Made by a program: the position numbers and the translations under genes. 64,000 bases of DNA from a virus. Lineage: Duplodnaviria > Heunggongvirae > Uroviricota > Caudoviricetes. A model generated the notes under the pieces. That model saw only the letters and a program-made list of their open reading frames with translations, made no database searches and was not told the DNA's origin. Location of the stretch: IMG/VR virus record IMGVR_UViG_3300038492_000258, positions 108,995 through 172,994 of that record; one strand, given 5' to 3'. Below, piece after piece: positions 26,905 through 35,616 of the stretch; within the stretch, counting starts at the first letter, position 1, and each line of letters opens with the position of its first letter.

Positions 26905-27003
26905 GTAGAATGAGTCTACGGCAGTTCGACTCTGTAAGTGGCAACAGCTAGGCGAATAGGTTGGGGTTGATCGCCCCTCCCGGTTCGAATCCGGGCATTC
27001 TAC
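26905..27003 (+). ncRNA. 99-nt tRNA-like element with 8-9 bp terminal stem
   Basis: GTAGAATG/CATTCTAC terminal helix, T arm CCCGG-TTCGAAT-CCGGG, class-II-like D region GTC-TACGGCAGTTC-GAC, two extra hairpins (CTGT-AAGTGGCA-ACAG; GGGG-TTGATCG-CCCC); no canonical anticodon loop. Confidence 0.3.
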
Positions 27004-27048
27004 TTAGTACATTAATTAATAAAACTGAAAAAAAAGAAAGAATTAAAA

Positions 27049-27756
27049 ATGAAGAATCAGTGAAGAGGAAACGACACCGGAATCGTTGTCGAAATCCAGG
27101 CCGGTGAAGGTGGAGACGATTCAAAACTATTTGTTGACGACTTATTTTCTGCATACTTAAAATATGCGGAGACTAATAATGCCAAGACAGAACTAGTCTA
27201 TAAGTCGCACGGCAAAGTGGGCTTTAAAGTATTGGGAAATAAGGCTGCCAAGTTATTTAAACACGAAACCGGCAAGCATGTAGTGCAACGGTGTCCGCCA
27301 ACAGAGAATAAGGGAAGGCGGCATACCAGCACTATTACTGTTTCTATTCTTCCTATTCTTAGCTCATCTTCTTTTACTCTGAAAGAGCAAGATATTGAGA
27401 CAAAAACCCAACGTGGCCATGGGCCTGGTGGACAACACCAGAATACAACCGATTCAGCCGTCCGTATGGTTCATAAACCCACGGATACAGTTGTTTTCAT
27501 CAATGGGCGAGATCAGCATTCCAATAAGCGTTTAGCACGTCAAATTCTGGAAGCTAGAGTGGCCGAGAAAATCCGAGGCCGCCAAAACCGTGAACGATCT
27601 GAAAATAAACGAGAACAGGTTGACGGTGGCGGCCGAGGCAACAAAACTCGAACATACAATTTCCTTGACAGTCGAGTTGTAGACCATATACTTGGTACTC
27701 GCACGAGCAAGATCAAACAGGTCATGAAGGGCCGATTCGATTTACTCTGGAAATAA
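27049..27756 (+). CDS. class-I release factor homolog (RF1-like PxT-type) lacking domain 1, with in-frame UGA at codon 5
   Basis: After TGA at 27061 the frame encodes EIQAGEGGDDSKLFVDDLFSAYLKYAE...VVQRCPPTENKGRRHTS...GHGPGGQHQNTTDSAVRMVHKPT...RTYNF (RF domains 2-4: PPT tripeptide region, RHTS, GGQ); ATG 27049 is 4 codons upstream in frame; the ORF track only reports the part from GTG 27217. Confidence 0.55.
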
Positions 27757-27757
27757 T

Positions 27758-28201
27758 ATGCAAACTTTTCTACCCTACGAAAGCATGGACATGTCTTTGG
27801 CGTGCCTTGATTATCGTCGTCTAGGCAAGCAACGCGTAGAGGCGTTTCAATTACTTTGTGCCAATGGGGACGAATGGGCACTAGCCGAACGCACACGACG
27901 AACAGGTAAGACTACGCCGCCCGCAGGCTGGCGTAATCACCCCGCTGCCATTATGTGGCGTAATTATTCTGACGCTTTGCGTCGATATTACAATGTGTCA
28001 ATTGCTCAATGGATCGAGCGAGGTTACAATAATACTATGCAATATGCACCGCATGTAGCCGACCCAAAAGTTCCCCATTGGATGGGTGACTCTACGTTTC
28101 ATGCTTCGCATCGTAGTAACTTGCTTCGAAAAGATCCTGTTTATTATGGTAAATTTGGCTGGACCGAAGGACCAGACATGGAGTATGTATGGCCCTCTTA
28201 A
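27758..28201 (+). CDS. pyrimidine-dimer DNA glycosylase-like (T4 DenV family)
   Basis: LDYRRLGKQRV and VSIAQWIERGYNN resemble DenV AEYRELPRV and IELIAECLKRGFN; similar length (147 aa). Confidence 0.45.
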   Translation: MQTFLPYESMDMSLACLDYRRLGKQRVEAFQLLCANGDEWALAERTRRTGKTTPPAGWRNHPAAIMWRNYSDALRRYYNVSIAQWIERGYNNTMQYAPHVADPKVPHWMGDSTFHASHRSNLLRKDPVYYGKFGWTEGPDMEYVWPS

Positions 28202-28524
28202 TCTGGATTATGTTCGCCCATTTCATGGCGGACTTCATGTTTCAATGTGAGAAATTTCAATACCTTAAAAGTCAAAGCGTCTTTTGGTTGACAGCTCACG
28301 TTGTTACGTACACATTTGTTTTGTGGCTGTTTCTACTTCCAACTTCGCTGGGCTGGCAATTTGCATTATTTAATGGTGCATTTCACTGGATGGTTGATGC
28401 GGTTACTAGCAAAATTACGTCTTACGCCTACAAACGTAAAAACATGTGGTTGTTCTGGCGAACCATTGGATTCGATCAGTTTCTACATATCGCGGCACTA
28501 ATCTATTTTTCCGGGGTAGCCTAG
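28189..28524 (+). CDS. membrane protein
   Basis: 111 aa, 3 hydrophobic helices. Confidence 0.35.
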   Translation: MALLIWIMFAHFMADFMFQCEKFQYLKSQSVFWLTAHVVTYTFVLWLFLLPTSLGWQFALFNGAFHWMVDAVTSKITSYAYKRKNMWLFWRTIGFDQFLHIAALIYFSGVA

Positions 28525-28585
28525 TGGACTAAGGCTATGGACTTTGACTCCATGATCGTGGGTTCGAATCCCACCCCCGGTGCCA
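28510..28585 (+). tRNA. tRNA-Gln (anticodon UUG), CCA encoded
   Basis: Anticodon arm ATGGA-CTTTGAC-TCCAT, D arm GCCT-AGTGGACTA-AGGC, T arm GTGGG-TTCGAAT-CCCAC. Confidence 0.65.
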
Positions 28586-28592
28586 ATTCATT

Positions 28593-28820
28593 ATGATGTT
28601 TCGATCATTAGTTTGTTTTGAAGTCGAACGTGACGACTATTGGTATGTTTGTGTTCCCGGCTGGGGATTGCAAGCTTTAATCGGTGTCATTACAACTGAC
28701 TTACCTGACTTTATTCGTGAAAACATTCAGCCTGGATTTAGATGTTACGCTAAAATTAACCTTGGCGAAGAAGATCCCTTGAATGTTCGTTTTGAAAATT
28801 GGGAATTGCCATGCAACTAG
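28593..28820 (+). CDS. hypothetical small protein
   Basis: 75-aa ORF. Confidence 0.3.
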   Translation: MMFRSLVCFEVERDDYWYVCVPGWGLQALIGVITTDLPDFIRENIQPGFRCYAKINLGEEDPLNVRFENWELPCN

Positions 28821-29011
28821 AAATTGGCTGGATTTGTGAAATTTGCTATCGAGCATTGCCGCTTATTGACCTACCTACTGATTGGGACTTGGTCTTTCAA
28901 TCTGCGATTTGTCCCAAATGTCTTGAATACGCTAAAGAAAATGATATTCCGTTTTGCGATTTAGTGTGTGGAAGTCGTGCGTGTGGACCTGATCCTAGAG
29001 CAAAACGGTAG
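28799..29011 (+). CDS. zinc-ribbon small protein
   Basis: CEIC...CPKC...CGSRAC. Confidence 0.35.
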   Translation: MGIAMQLEIGWICEICYRALPLIDLPTDWDLVFQSAICPKCLEYAKENDIPFCDLVCGSRACGPDPRAKR

Positions 29012-29092
29012 GTTGGCAGAGTGGTAATGCAGCGGATTGCTAATCCGTAGAGTCTTCGGGCTCCATAGGTTCGAATCCTATACCTACCGCCA
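29007..29092 (+). tRNA. tRNA-Ser (anticodon GCU), CCA encoded
   Basis: Acceptor GGTAGGT/ACCTACC, anticodon arm GCGGA-TTGCTAA-TCCGT, long variable arm, T arm ATAGG-TTCGAAT-CCTAT. Confidence 0.7.
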
Positions 29093-29222
29093 TGAATAAA
29101 GAAGAAATTATACTTCGTATTAAGAGAATCAACAAGCTACTTGCTTGGTGTTCTCCCAAACACACCGAATTTCGTAGGTCTCTCGTAAGAGACCGCAAAC
29201 AACTTCAAAGAGATTTACAAAA

Positions 29223-29516
29223 ATGTCAGTAGTAACCGATTATTTTGGTAATGAAATTAGGCCGGGTGATATTGTGGCATATGCCACTCGTCAATCTTCT
29301 ACTACCACCATGCACCATGGCGAAGTAATTGCCGTAAACCAAAAACCTCACGCTTGGCGTGAAAACGAAACGGTCACCACATTGCAAGTGAAGCATCTTG
29401 GGCTTGCTAATTGGGGTGATATGAAACCCTGCTTGACTTCTCGTCCTGTGACTATTTCCTGCATTAATCGCGTTATCAATCTGACGGCTTATGCTGACTC
29501 CCACCAACGCTGCTAA
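29223..29516 (+). CDS. hypothetical protein
   Basis: 97-aa ORF. Confidence 0.35.
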   Translation: MSVVTDYFGNEIRPGDIVAYATRQSSTTTMHHGEVIAVNQKPHAWRENETVTTLQVKHLGLANWGDMKPCLTSRPVTISCINRVINLTAYADSHQRC

Positions 29517-29991
29517 AATTACCGACCTAGCTTCCTGGAAGGAAGTAGTAGGAAAACGTTTTCGTCTTTCTAAAGAAGAAAAGGCTTGCGGTTTAACGCC
29601 TGAAAGGGCGTTGGCCGAGCGTGTTCGCGAGGCCCTACTAAGTCAGAAACCTCAAGAGGAAATTCCGCTTTCGTCTGGCGAGATTGTTATTCGGATTGTT
29701 CCTCAACGTGGGGTCGATTTGCAAGGACTTCGGTTGCCTGACGGAAGTTTTACAATCGAGCAAGACGACAAGTTCTACAATTGGCTTGACACTCTTCTCA
29801 CAGGACCGTATAATGAATTCGGTGCCACTGTCTTAATTAAGCACCTGATTCATATGGGACATGGGGAACTCCTTACGTCTGTAAGTTTCCCTAGGGATGT
29901 TGCAGATTACGAAGGAATTGCGTATGAGAACGATGACGTGGATGGGGCTGGCCCTGCTATTGATGGGCCTGGCGGCTCCTCAGAGCAATAG
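29491..29991 (+). CDS. hypothetical protein
   Basis: 166-aa ORF. Confidence 0.35.
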   Translation: MLTPTNAAKITDLASWKEVVGKRFRLSKEEKACGLTPERALAERVREALLSQKPQEEIPLSSGEIVIRIVPQRGVDLQGLRLPDGSFTIEQDDKFYNWLDTLLTGPYNEFGATVLIKHLIHMGHGELLTSVSFPRDVADYEGIAYENDDVDGAGPAIDGPGGSSEQ

Positions 29992-30334
29992 GTTGACAAT
30001 CGATTATAGGCAACGCGGTAACGTTGTCGAATGGTCTGGGGGAACCCAAATCAAGGTCCCTACGGGTCCGCATATTCTGCGTGCTAAAGTAGGTGGTCGA
30101 CTAGTTGGCGGACCCGTAAAGTTTTGCTGGCGACGTGTTCGCGACGGAGCGTTAGTCGGCACGCAAGGCACGTTTAACGGATGTGATTCTGGTACAGTAA
30201 GCGTTTCTCCCACGCTTGTAGAAATTTCTGGACCTGTAGTTCTAGAATTGGTCGTATGGGGTGAGTACGAAAAGTTTATGATGCATCCAAGTATGACGTA
30301 TGGGCTTATGGAGGCTACAAATGACCCCCGGTAG
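29924..30334 (+). CDS. secreted protein
   Basis: Signal peptide MRTMTWMGLALLLMGLAAPQS. Confidence 0.35.
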   Translation: MRTMTWMGLALLLMGLAAPQSNRLTIDYRQRGNVVEWSGGTQIKVPTGPHILRAKVGGRLVGGPVKFCWRRVRDGALVGTQGTFNGCDSGTVSVSPTLVEISGPVVLELVVWGEYEKFMMHPSMTYGLMEATNDPR

Positions 30335-30512
30335 AGTAATTAAGAAAGATAGTTGGTACGACGATCCTCAATATAGTGACAAAAACGACGCTCATCTCCA
30401 GCCCAATATGAGTTGGGGTGAATGGGGACGTGAGTGGCTTAAAACATTTATTATTGCAGTTCCAATTGTTGCTGGTATTATTATTTTTGCATGGTTTATG
30501 AGCAATGCTTAG
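30300..30512 (+). CDS. small membrane protein
   Basis: C-terminal TM helix. Confidence 0.3.
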   Translation: MGLWRLQMTPGRVIKKDSWYDDPQYSDKNDAHLQPNMSWGEWGREWLKTFIIAVPIVAGIIIFAWFMSNA

Positions 30513-30729
30513 TTACTTTGAATTCCAAGGTATCGTAGCGGCTTTCGAAAAAGAAATCCAGCGTACAAACGATGAAGCTAACAGAGCACGTAAAGCTTCA
30601 CAACAAAAAGACAGTAATCCCAATTATGTATCCTCCATGCAAAACGAGGCTCGTAGTTGCGAAGCCTACGCTCGTGCTCTTCAGTGGGGATTGCGACAAG
30701 TAAAGAAATTGTCGCACCAAGAAAGATAA
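30505..30729 (+). CDS. hypothetical small protein
   Basis: 74-aa ORF. Confidence 0.3.
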   Translation: MLSYFEFQGIVAAFEKEIQRTNDEANRARKASQQKDSNPNYVSSMQNEARSCEAYARALQWGLRQVKKLSHQER

Positions 30730-30822
30730 GGAAGGCGTCCGGCTGGACGAGGAACTAGTCTTGAAAACTAGCAGGGCTGTGGCGACATGGCCTTTAGGGT
30801 TCGAGTCCCTAGCCTTCCTCCA
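30730..30822 (+). tRNA. tRNA-Ser (anticodon UGA), CCA encoded
   Basis: Acceptor GGAAGGC/GCCTTCC, anticodon arm CTAGT-CTTGAAA-ACTAG, long variable arm, T arm AGGG-TTCGAGT-CCCT. Confidence 0.65.
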
Positions 30823-30837
30823 ATTTCATATAATATT

Positions 30838-31113
30838 ATGCAATTAAAAAACAGAACTCTTGCTATTGCTACACTTGTTACCATCGCATCAATCTTTCTA
30901 ATTTTCGTTGCATTGCAACTTAATAAGATGCGAGTCGCTACTGAGCGAGTTACTGACACCATTCAAGAGGTCGGTGGAGTAGCCACAGATACTCTCGAAC
31001 AAGTTACCGATCATGTCGATGCGGCCGAGCTTGGTAGTGGTCTTACCGAGGGAGCTAAACAGATCGGAGCAAAGTTTAGGGACAAAGTTCTTGACAAGAT
31101 CGATGAACGGTGA
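30838..31113 (+). CDS. membrane-anchored protein
   Basis: ATG after tRNA-Ser; N-terminal TM helix. Confidence 0.35.
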   Translation: MQLKNRTLAIATLVTIASIFLIFVALQLNKMRVATERVTDTIQEVGGVATDTLEQVTDHVDAAELGSGLTEGAKQIGAKFRDKVLDKIDER

Positions 31114-31423
31114 TAAACCTTATCTACTCTGTGTTGGATGCGGAGCACTAGGATGGTCTGGTGAGCATTTTCAGCACAATAAGAATTGCTCAGAATATAA
31201 AGAAGGTAAGGTTGTAGGTGGTCTAACTATTTACAAGATTCGCAAAAAGAGTACTGGCGAATTTAAAAATAAGACTACCGGATTTTCCAAAAAAGGCGGC
31301 CAAACTTATCGATCAAAAGGGTCTGCCATGTCTGCTATGAAGAGTTCGAGAGGATATCATGAAAATCCCGGCGACTACGAAGTAGTAGAGTTAGTAACGC
31401 AAGAAATTAGGACTTACAAATGA
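31103..31423 (+). CDS. hypothetical basic protein
   Basis: MNGDKPYLLCVGCGALG..., 106 aa. Confidence 0.3.
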   Translation: MNGDKPYLLCVGCGALGWSGEHFQHNKNCSEYKEGKVVGGLTIYKIRKKSTGEFKNKTTGFSKKGGQTYRSKGSAMSAMKSSRGYHENPGDYEVVELVTQEIRTYK

Positions 31424-31590
31424 TCTTTGCAATTGCAATTGTTGGCTGCCTTTGCCTTGGTGTTGGTTATGCCTGGGGCCGGGCAGCACAATATTCTAAC
31501 GCCCGTGAACGACTTCGTCTTCGTGTGATGGAGTCTAATATTAACGGTCTTTCCGAAAACGATATTCAACGAATTCTGGACGAACTATGA
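31420..31590 (+). CDS. small membrane protein (not in ORF track, under 60 aa)
   Basis: MIFAIAIVGCLCLGVGYAWG... 55 aa; stop overlaps next ATG (ATGA). Confidence 0.3.
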   Translation: MIFAIAIVGCLCLGVGYAWGRAAQYSNARERLRLRVMESNINGLSENDIQRILDEL

Positions 31591-32459
31591 GAAACCCTCT
31601 TACTTTTATTGTGCCCATCGTAGCCGTTCTTGGCTTCGGGCTTTTCGCGGCTATGTTTATGACCGAAACGGTCGATCCTGGACATTCTGCCGCTGGATCG
31701 ATTTTTGGTGACGTTGCCGAGACGCCTCTTGGTCCTGGTTTTCATATTGTGAATCCTCTTATGGATTTCACGCACTATGATTGCCGTCAAAAAACTCACC
31801 TTGAGGCCGGTGTTGCTGTCCCGTCGCAGGATAAGCTCGTTACGATGATGGACGTTTCGGTTCAATATCATCTTAACGAATCGATGACACCTACCATGTT
31901 GGACAGCACGGGCGATACGGTTGCAGTGATTAACACGCACCTTATCCCTAAACTACGCAGTTTGCTTCGTGAGCAAGGTAAGACGGTAGAGCGTGCAGAA
32001 GAATTCTTCCTTGAGGAAACACAAACTGCTCTTCAGGCCAATGTCTTGAGCCACCTTTCAGAATTCTGTAACCCGAATGGTATTGCGATTGATGCTATTC
32101 TGATTCGAGATATCACGCTTCCGCAGGTTATCGTGAACGCGGTTGAACAGACGAAAGAGCGTCAAGAACAAACGGAACGTGAGCAGGCTGAATTTGAGCG
32201 TTTTGAAATTGAGCAACAAAAGCAAGTTGCTGCTGCTGCCGCTCAACGTGAAGCTGCCGAAGAAGAGGCCGCTCGTAAGCGTACGCTTGCCGATGCTGCT
32301 GCTTATGAAATCGAAACTCGTGGTCAAGCTCTTCGTGAGAACCCCGAAATTCTCCAACTTGAATCTATCCAGCGGTGGGACGGTGTGCTCCCCCGTTTTG
32401 TTGGCGGCGAAGCCGGTAACATGCAATTTCTTATGCCTCTTGACACTAAGAACCAATAA
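31587..32459 (+). CDS. SPFH/band-7 (stomatin/prohibitin-like) membrane protein
   Basis: N-terminal TM, SPFH core, long Glu/Ala-rich coiled coil (EQTEREQAEFERFEIEQQKQVAAAAAQREAAEEEAARK). Confidence 0.65.
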   Translation: MRNPLTFIVPIVAVLGFGLFAAMFMTETVDPGHSAAGSIFGDVAETPLGPGFHIVNPLMDFTHYDCRQKTHLEAGVAVPSQDKLVTMMDVSVQYHLNESMTPTMLDSTGDTVAVINTHLIPKLRSLLREQGKTVERAEEFFLEETQTALQANVLSHLSEFCNPNGIAIDAILIRDITLPQVIVNAVEQTKERQEQTEREQAEFERFEIEQQKQVAAAAAQREAAEEEAARKRTLADAAAYEIETRGQALRENPEILQLESIQRWDGVLPRFVGGEAGNMQFLMPLDTKNQ

Positions 32460-32473
32460 ATCTACGAAGTAAT

Positions 32474-33385
32474 ATGAAAATCAAAGCTATCCTTTTGACC
32501 GCTCTTATGGCGGTCGTCGCCATCGGCGACACTGTTGACGCTCAGCGTCGCTCTCGTTCTCGTTCGACGAGTCGTCCTCGGATTTCGAAACCGGCAAAAC
32601 CGAAGGTGTCGAAACCGAAACCGACTACGCAGCGTCGCACCACAACTACTCGCAGTAAGCCGACCACTACTGCCAAGCCGAGTGCGACTACAACGAATCG
32701 TAATACGAAGGCTACTAAGCCCTCGACTACTACGGCTCGTCCGGCTACGAAGCCCACGGCTTCGGCTAAATACGATAGTAAAGCAGCTACTGCCGCTCGT
32801 CGTTCGAGCAGCCAGGCTTCCTACCAAGCTAACAAGCAAAAGTATACTGCAAAGCAGTCGGCAAACCGTTCTCGTATCTCTAGCGTAAGCGGTAATACTG
32901 GTCGTACTTATTCGCGTAATGACTTCAATACTCGCGATACTCGTCGACAAACTGTGGTTTATAACACCTATGTTGGTCGATCGTATCCGGGGCACTGGGG
33001 TGGTTACAATGATGGCATTAGTCCTTTCTTTTGGATGTGGATGATGTCTGAAATGAACAGCAATCAGCAAGCTGCTTATATCCACAATCATGGTGCTTCG
33101 CTCGATCAAGCCCGTTTGAACGAACTGTATGCTCAAAACGCTCAGCTTGAGGCTCAAGTTGCTCATCTGCGAGCTTCCGGCGTGGCTCCGGATCCGAGTG
33201 TCCTTCCGGAAGGAATGGACGCAGCTAATGCTGACCTCATGTTTAGCGATGATTTCGCAGCCGATGCCGCTGGCTTAAATGCTCCTCTTCCGCCGGAAGA
33301 AGACGGCCTTGGTTTCTTTGGTTGGTTTATGATTCTTGTTGGTGCTGGTGGAATCATCTTCCTATTTACTAAAGTTCGATTCTAA
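32474..33385 (+). CDS. secreted/membrane protein with Thr/Lys/Arg-rich low-complexity region and C-terminal TM anchor
   Basis: Signal peptide, about 150 aa of T/K/R/S repeats, C-terminal FFGWFMILVGAGGIIFLF. Confidence 0.4.
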   Translation: MKIKAILLTALMAVVAIGDTVDAQRRSRSRSTSRPRISKPAKPKVSKPKPTTQRRTTTTRSKPTTTAKPSATTTNRNTKATKPSTTTARPATKPTASAKYDSKAATAARRSSSQASYQANKQKYTAKQSANRSRISSVSGNTGRTYSRNDFNTRDTRRQTVVYNTYVGRSYPGHWGGYNDGISPFFWMWMMSEMNSNQQAAYIHNHGASLDQARLNELYAQNAQLEAQVAHLRASGVAPDPSVLPEGMDAANADLMFSDDFAADAAGLNAPLPPEEDGLGFFGWFMILVGAGGIIFLFTKVRF

Positions 33386-33999
33386 TGACCCGCACTAAAC
33401 GGACTCTCTGGGGGCACCTCAGAGAGAAAGCTAAGGGACCCGTCGAATATCGACACAGTAACCCCCTTAAAGTCAAGTGTCAAGACTGTATGATGTTTGA
33501 CAGCACCGGCTACTCTGGCAAGGTGTTTGCTGTAGAAGGTATTCGTGAAGTAACTCGCACTGTTCTAGAAGAAGCATTCGTGTTTACGGATTATGATCTA
33601 ACAGACGGTCTTCGTCTACGTCATAACGATGGCACGCTTCTTCTACTAGAAAAAGCCAGTGAATTCGAATATGATGATAGCTTTCATCATGAGTTAAATA
33701 CTGGTGAAAGTATCCATCATGAAGACTACGAAGAAAATCTTCATGAATACTGGCGAGTTAATGACGTAAAAGATTCCTTTTCGGCTGAGACACTTTTTAT
33801 CTCTGATAAAAATGGTGACGGCACAGTCGAAGCCGAAGAAATTGTTCGCGGAAATATTGAATATTGGGACTATTGGCGAAAAGAGGAAGAGTCCGGTCGC
33901 CTCTATTTCGTGATCATTGAAATGGATAAAGATACCGGGTTCTTTACTGTGTGGGATGGATTTGAAACCCACGAAAACCTTATTCAGGCAGGAAAATGA
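33385..33999 (+). CDS. acidic hypothetical protein
   Basis: 204 aa, D/E-rich. Confidence 0.35.
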   Translation: MTRTKRTLWGHLREKAKGPVEYRHSNPLKVKCQDCMMFDSTGYSGKVFAVEGIREVTRTVLEEAFVFTDYDLTDGLRLRHNDGTLLLLEKASEFEYDDSFHHELNTGESIHHEDYEENLHEYWRVNDVKDSFSAETLFISDKNGDGTVEAEEIVRGNIEYWDYWRKEEESGRLYFVIIEMDKDTGFFTVWDGFETHENLIQAGK

Positions 34000-34619
34000 T
34001 TAATAAACTTGTACTGGTCGTTAGGACTATCTTCGAATTTATTTTCGGAGGATTTATGCGAATGTTTCCGGGGCATGCTGCTCGGGCCGCTCTTCGGGAG
34101 CGTTCTGGTAACTTGGCAGAAGCTCGTCAAAATGCCGGGGCTAATCAGGGGATGATTGAGGATCTTCGGTCCGAGATTACAGCTCAAGAAGCTGAAGAAA
34201 CTGAGTGGCTTGCATCTGGTAAAAAGGCTCACGCTAATGGCGACGACGCCGAAAAGCAACGTGCTGCACGCAAGCTAAGTCGAATTCGTGAGACTCTAAC
34301 CGATCTTCGTTCGCAACTAGAAACGGCCGAAGCTCGTCAGGCTGGTTACATGGAAACGCTGGCGAATGCCGGTGATCAACTTGAAGACGATCGCCGGGAC
34401 GTTCGTAGTGCTGATATGCGTAACCGCATGGCTAAAAGCGAAGCTTCACTTCAAACGGGCTTTGCCGATGATGACAATAATTTTGATGAAGCTATGCGGA
34501 ATCTCAATTCGCAGGCTAATCGTGCGGAAGGACAGGTTGCTGTTAACCGGCAACTTAAAAGTGGTCCGAAATATTCGGGCGGTGCTGGTGTAGACGACAT
34601 TCTTGGAGAATTTGAATAA
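33996..34619 (+). CDS. PspA/IM30-like coiled-coil protein (tentative)
   Basis: About 200 aa of predicted coiled coil with PspA-like charge pattern. Confidence 0.35.
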   Translation: MINKLVLVVRTIFEFIFGGFMRMFPGHAARAALRERSGNLAEARQNAGANQGMIEDLRSEITAQEAEETEWLASGKKAHANGDDAEKQRAARKLSRIRETLTDLRSQLETAEARQAGYMETLANAGDQLEDDRRDVRSADMRNRMAKSEASLQTGFADDDNNFDEAMRNLNSQANRAEGQVAVNRQLKSGPKYSGGAGVDDILGEFE

Positions 34620-34906
34620 TGAGTAACTTTCGAAGTATTCCGGACGGCCGGGAATTCACGTATAATGGTCGCCGTTATCGTCGGCGTGGAACTCGGGCTA
34701 TTGCTATGGGGGACTACGCTGATCTTGGTCACGACATTCTCGATACCGTTGTGGATTTCGTTATCCTTGACATTGTCAGCGATGGTGAACTCGATGGTGA
34801 CTTTACTGTCGATTCCGAACCTGAAACTCGTGACTTCGGTGGTGGCGGGTATGAGTCTAGCTACGACAGTGGATTCGACTCTGGCGGGTCCGATTTCGGA
34901 GACTGA
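34619..34906 (+). CDS. acidic hypothetical protein
   Basis: 95 aa, D/G/S-rich C-terminus. Confidence 0.3.
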   Translation: MSNFRSIPDGREFTYNGRRYRRRGTRAIAMGDYADLGHDILDTVVDFVILDIVSDGELDGDFTVDSEPETRDFGGGGYESSYDSGFDSGGSDFGD

Positions 34907-34911
34907 TTAAA

Positions 34912-35616
34912 ATGTGGTTACGCCTTCTAGTCTATATTTCAGTACTTTTTTACTTGGTTGAGCTGACCCTTGGGGCAGCGAACAGTCTAGAAGGTAATCC
35001 GTTCTTTCTGTGGACAGAACGGATGATTGCCACAGTATTTACTTGCGAATATGTCGTCCGTCTCAAGAGGGGCGGACGACAGTACGCACGATCTGGTCTC
35101 GGTATTGTAGATGCTATTGCCGTGATCCCATTTTGGGCTGGCTTTTTTGTGCCAGCCGCTTGGCTTGGTCCTGTGCGGGCCATGCGTATTCTGCGACTAC
35201 TTAAGTTATTCAGATATAATCCATCTTTACAACTAGTCGCAAGAGGCTTTAAACGTGCTTGGCCAATGTGTAGAGCACTATCAATAGCAACACTGATTTT
35301 CTGGCTATTCTCGTCCGTTGTGATCTTTGAGCTGGAAAAGACTGCACAACCAGATGACTTCACGCTTTATCAAAGTTTCTGGTTTACAGCCGTCACGATG
35401 ACGACAGTAGGGTATGGTGATATGTCTCCCCAGACTCCACCTGGGCAAGCATTCTCTATGGGGATGTTCATCGTGGCCCTGGCTTTGTATTCTGGAGTGC
35501 TTGGAACTATTGCGACAGCTCTATCAGAGGAAGTAAAAGATACTAATGAGCGATCTACTAGTGAATGTGGTACAAGTGAACGAAGTCAAACCCCATCCGA
35601 ATGCGGATCGGCTTGA
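34912..35616 (+). CDS. voltage-gated-type potassium channel
   Basis: Selectivity filter TMTTVGYGDM; S4-like RAMRILRLLKLFR with Arg every third residue; 5-6 TM helices. Confidence 0.7.
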   Translation: MWLRLLVYISVLFYLVELTLGAANSLEGNPFFLWTERMIATVFTCEYVVRLKRGGRQYARSGLGIVDAIAVIPFWAGFFVPAAWLGPVRAMRILRLLKLFRYNPSLQLVARGFKRAWPMCRALSIATLIFWLFSSVVIFELEKTAQPDDFTLYQSFWFTAVTMTTVGYGDMSPQTPPGQAFSMGMFIVALALYSGVLGTIATALSEEVKDTNERSTSECGTSERSQTPSECGSA

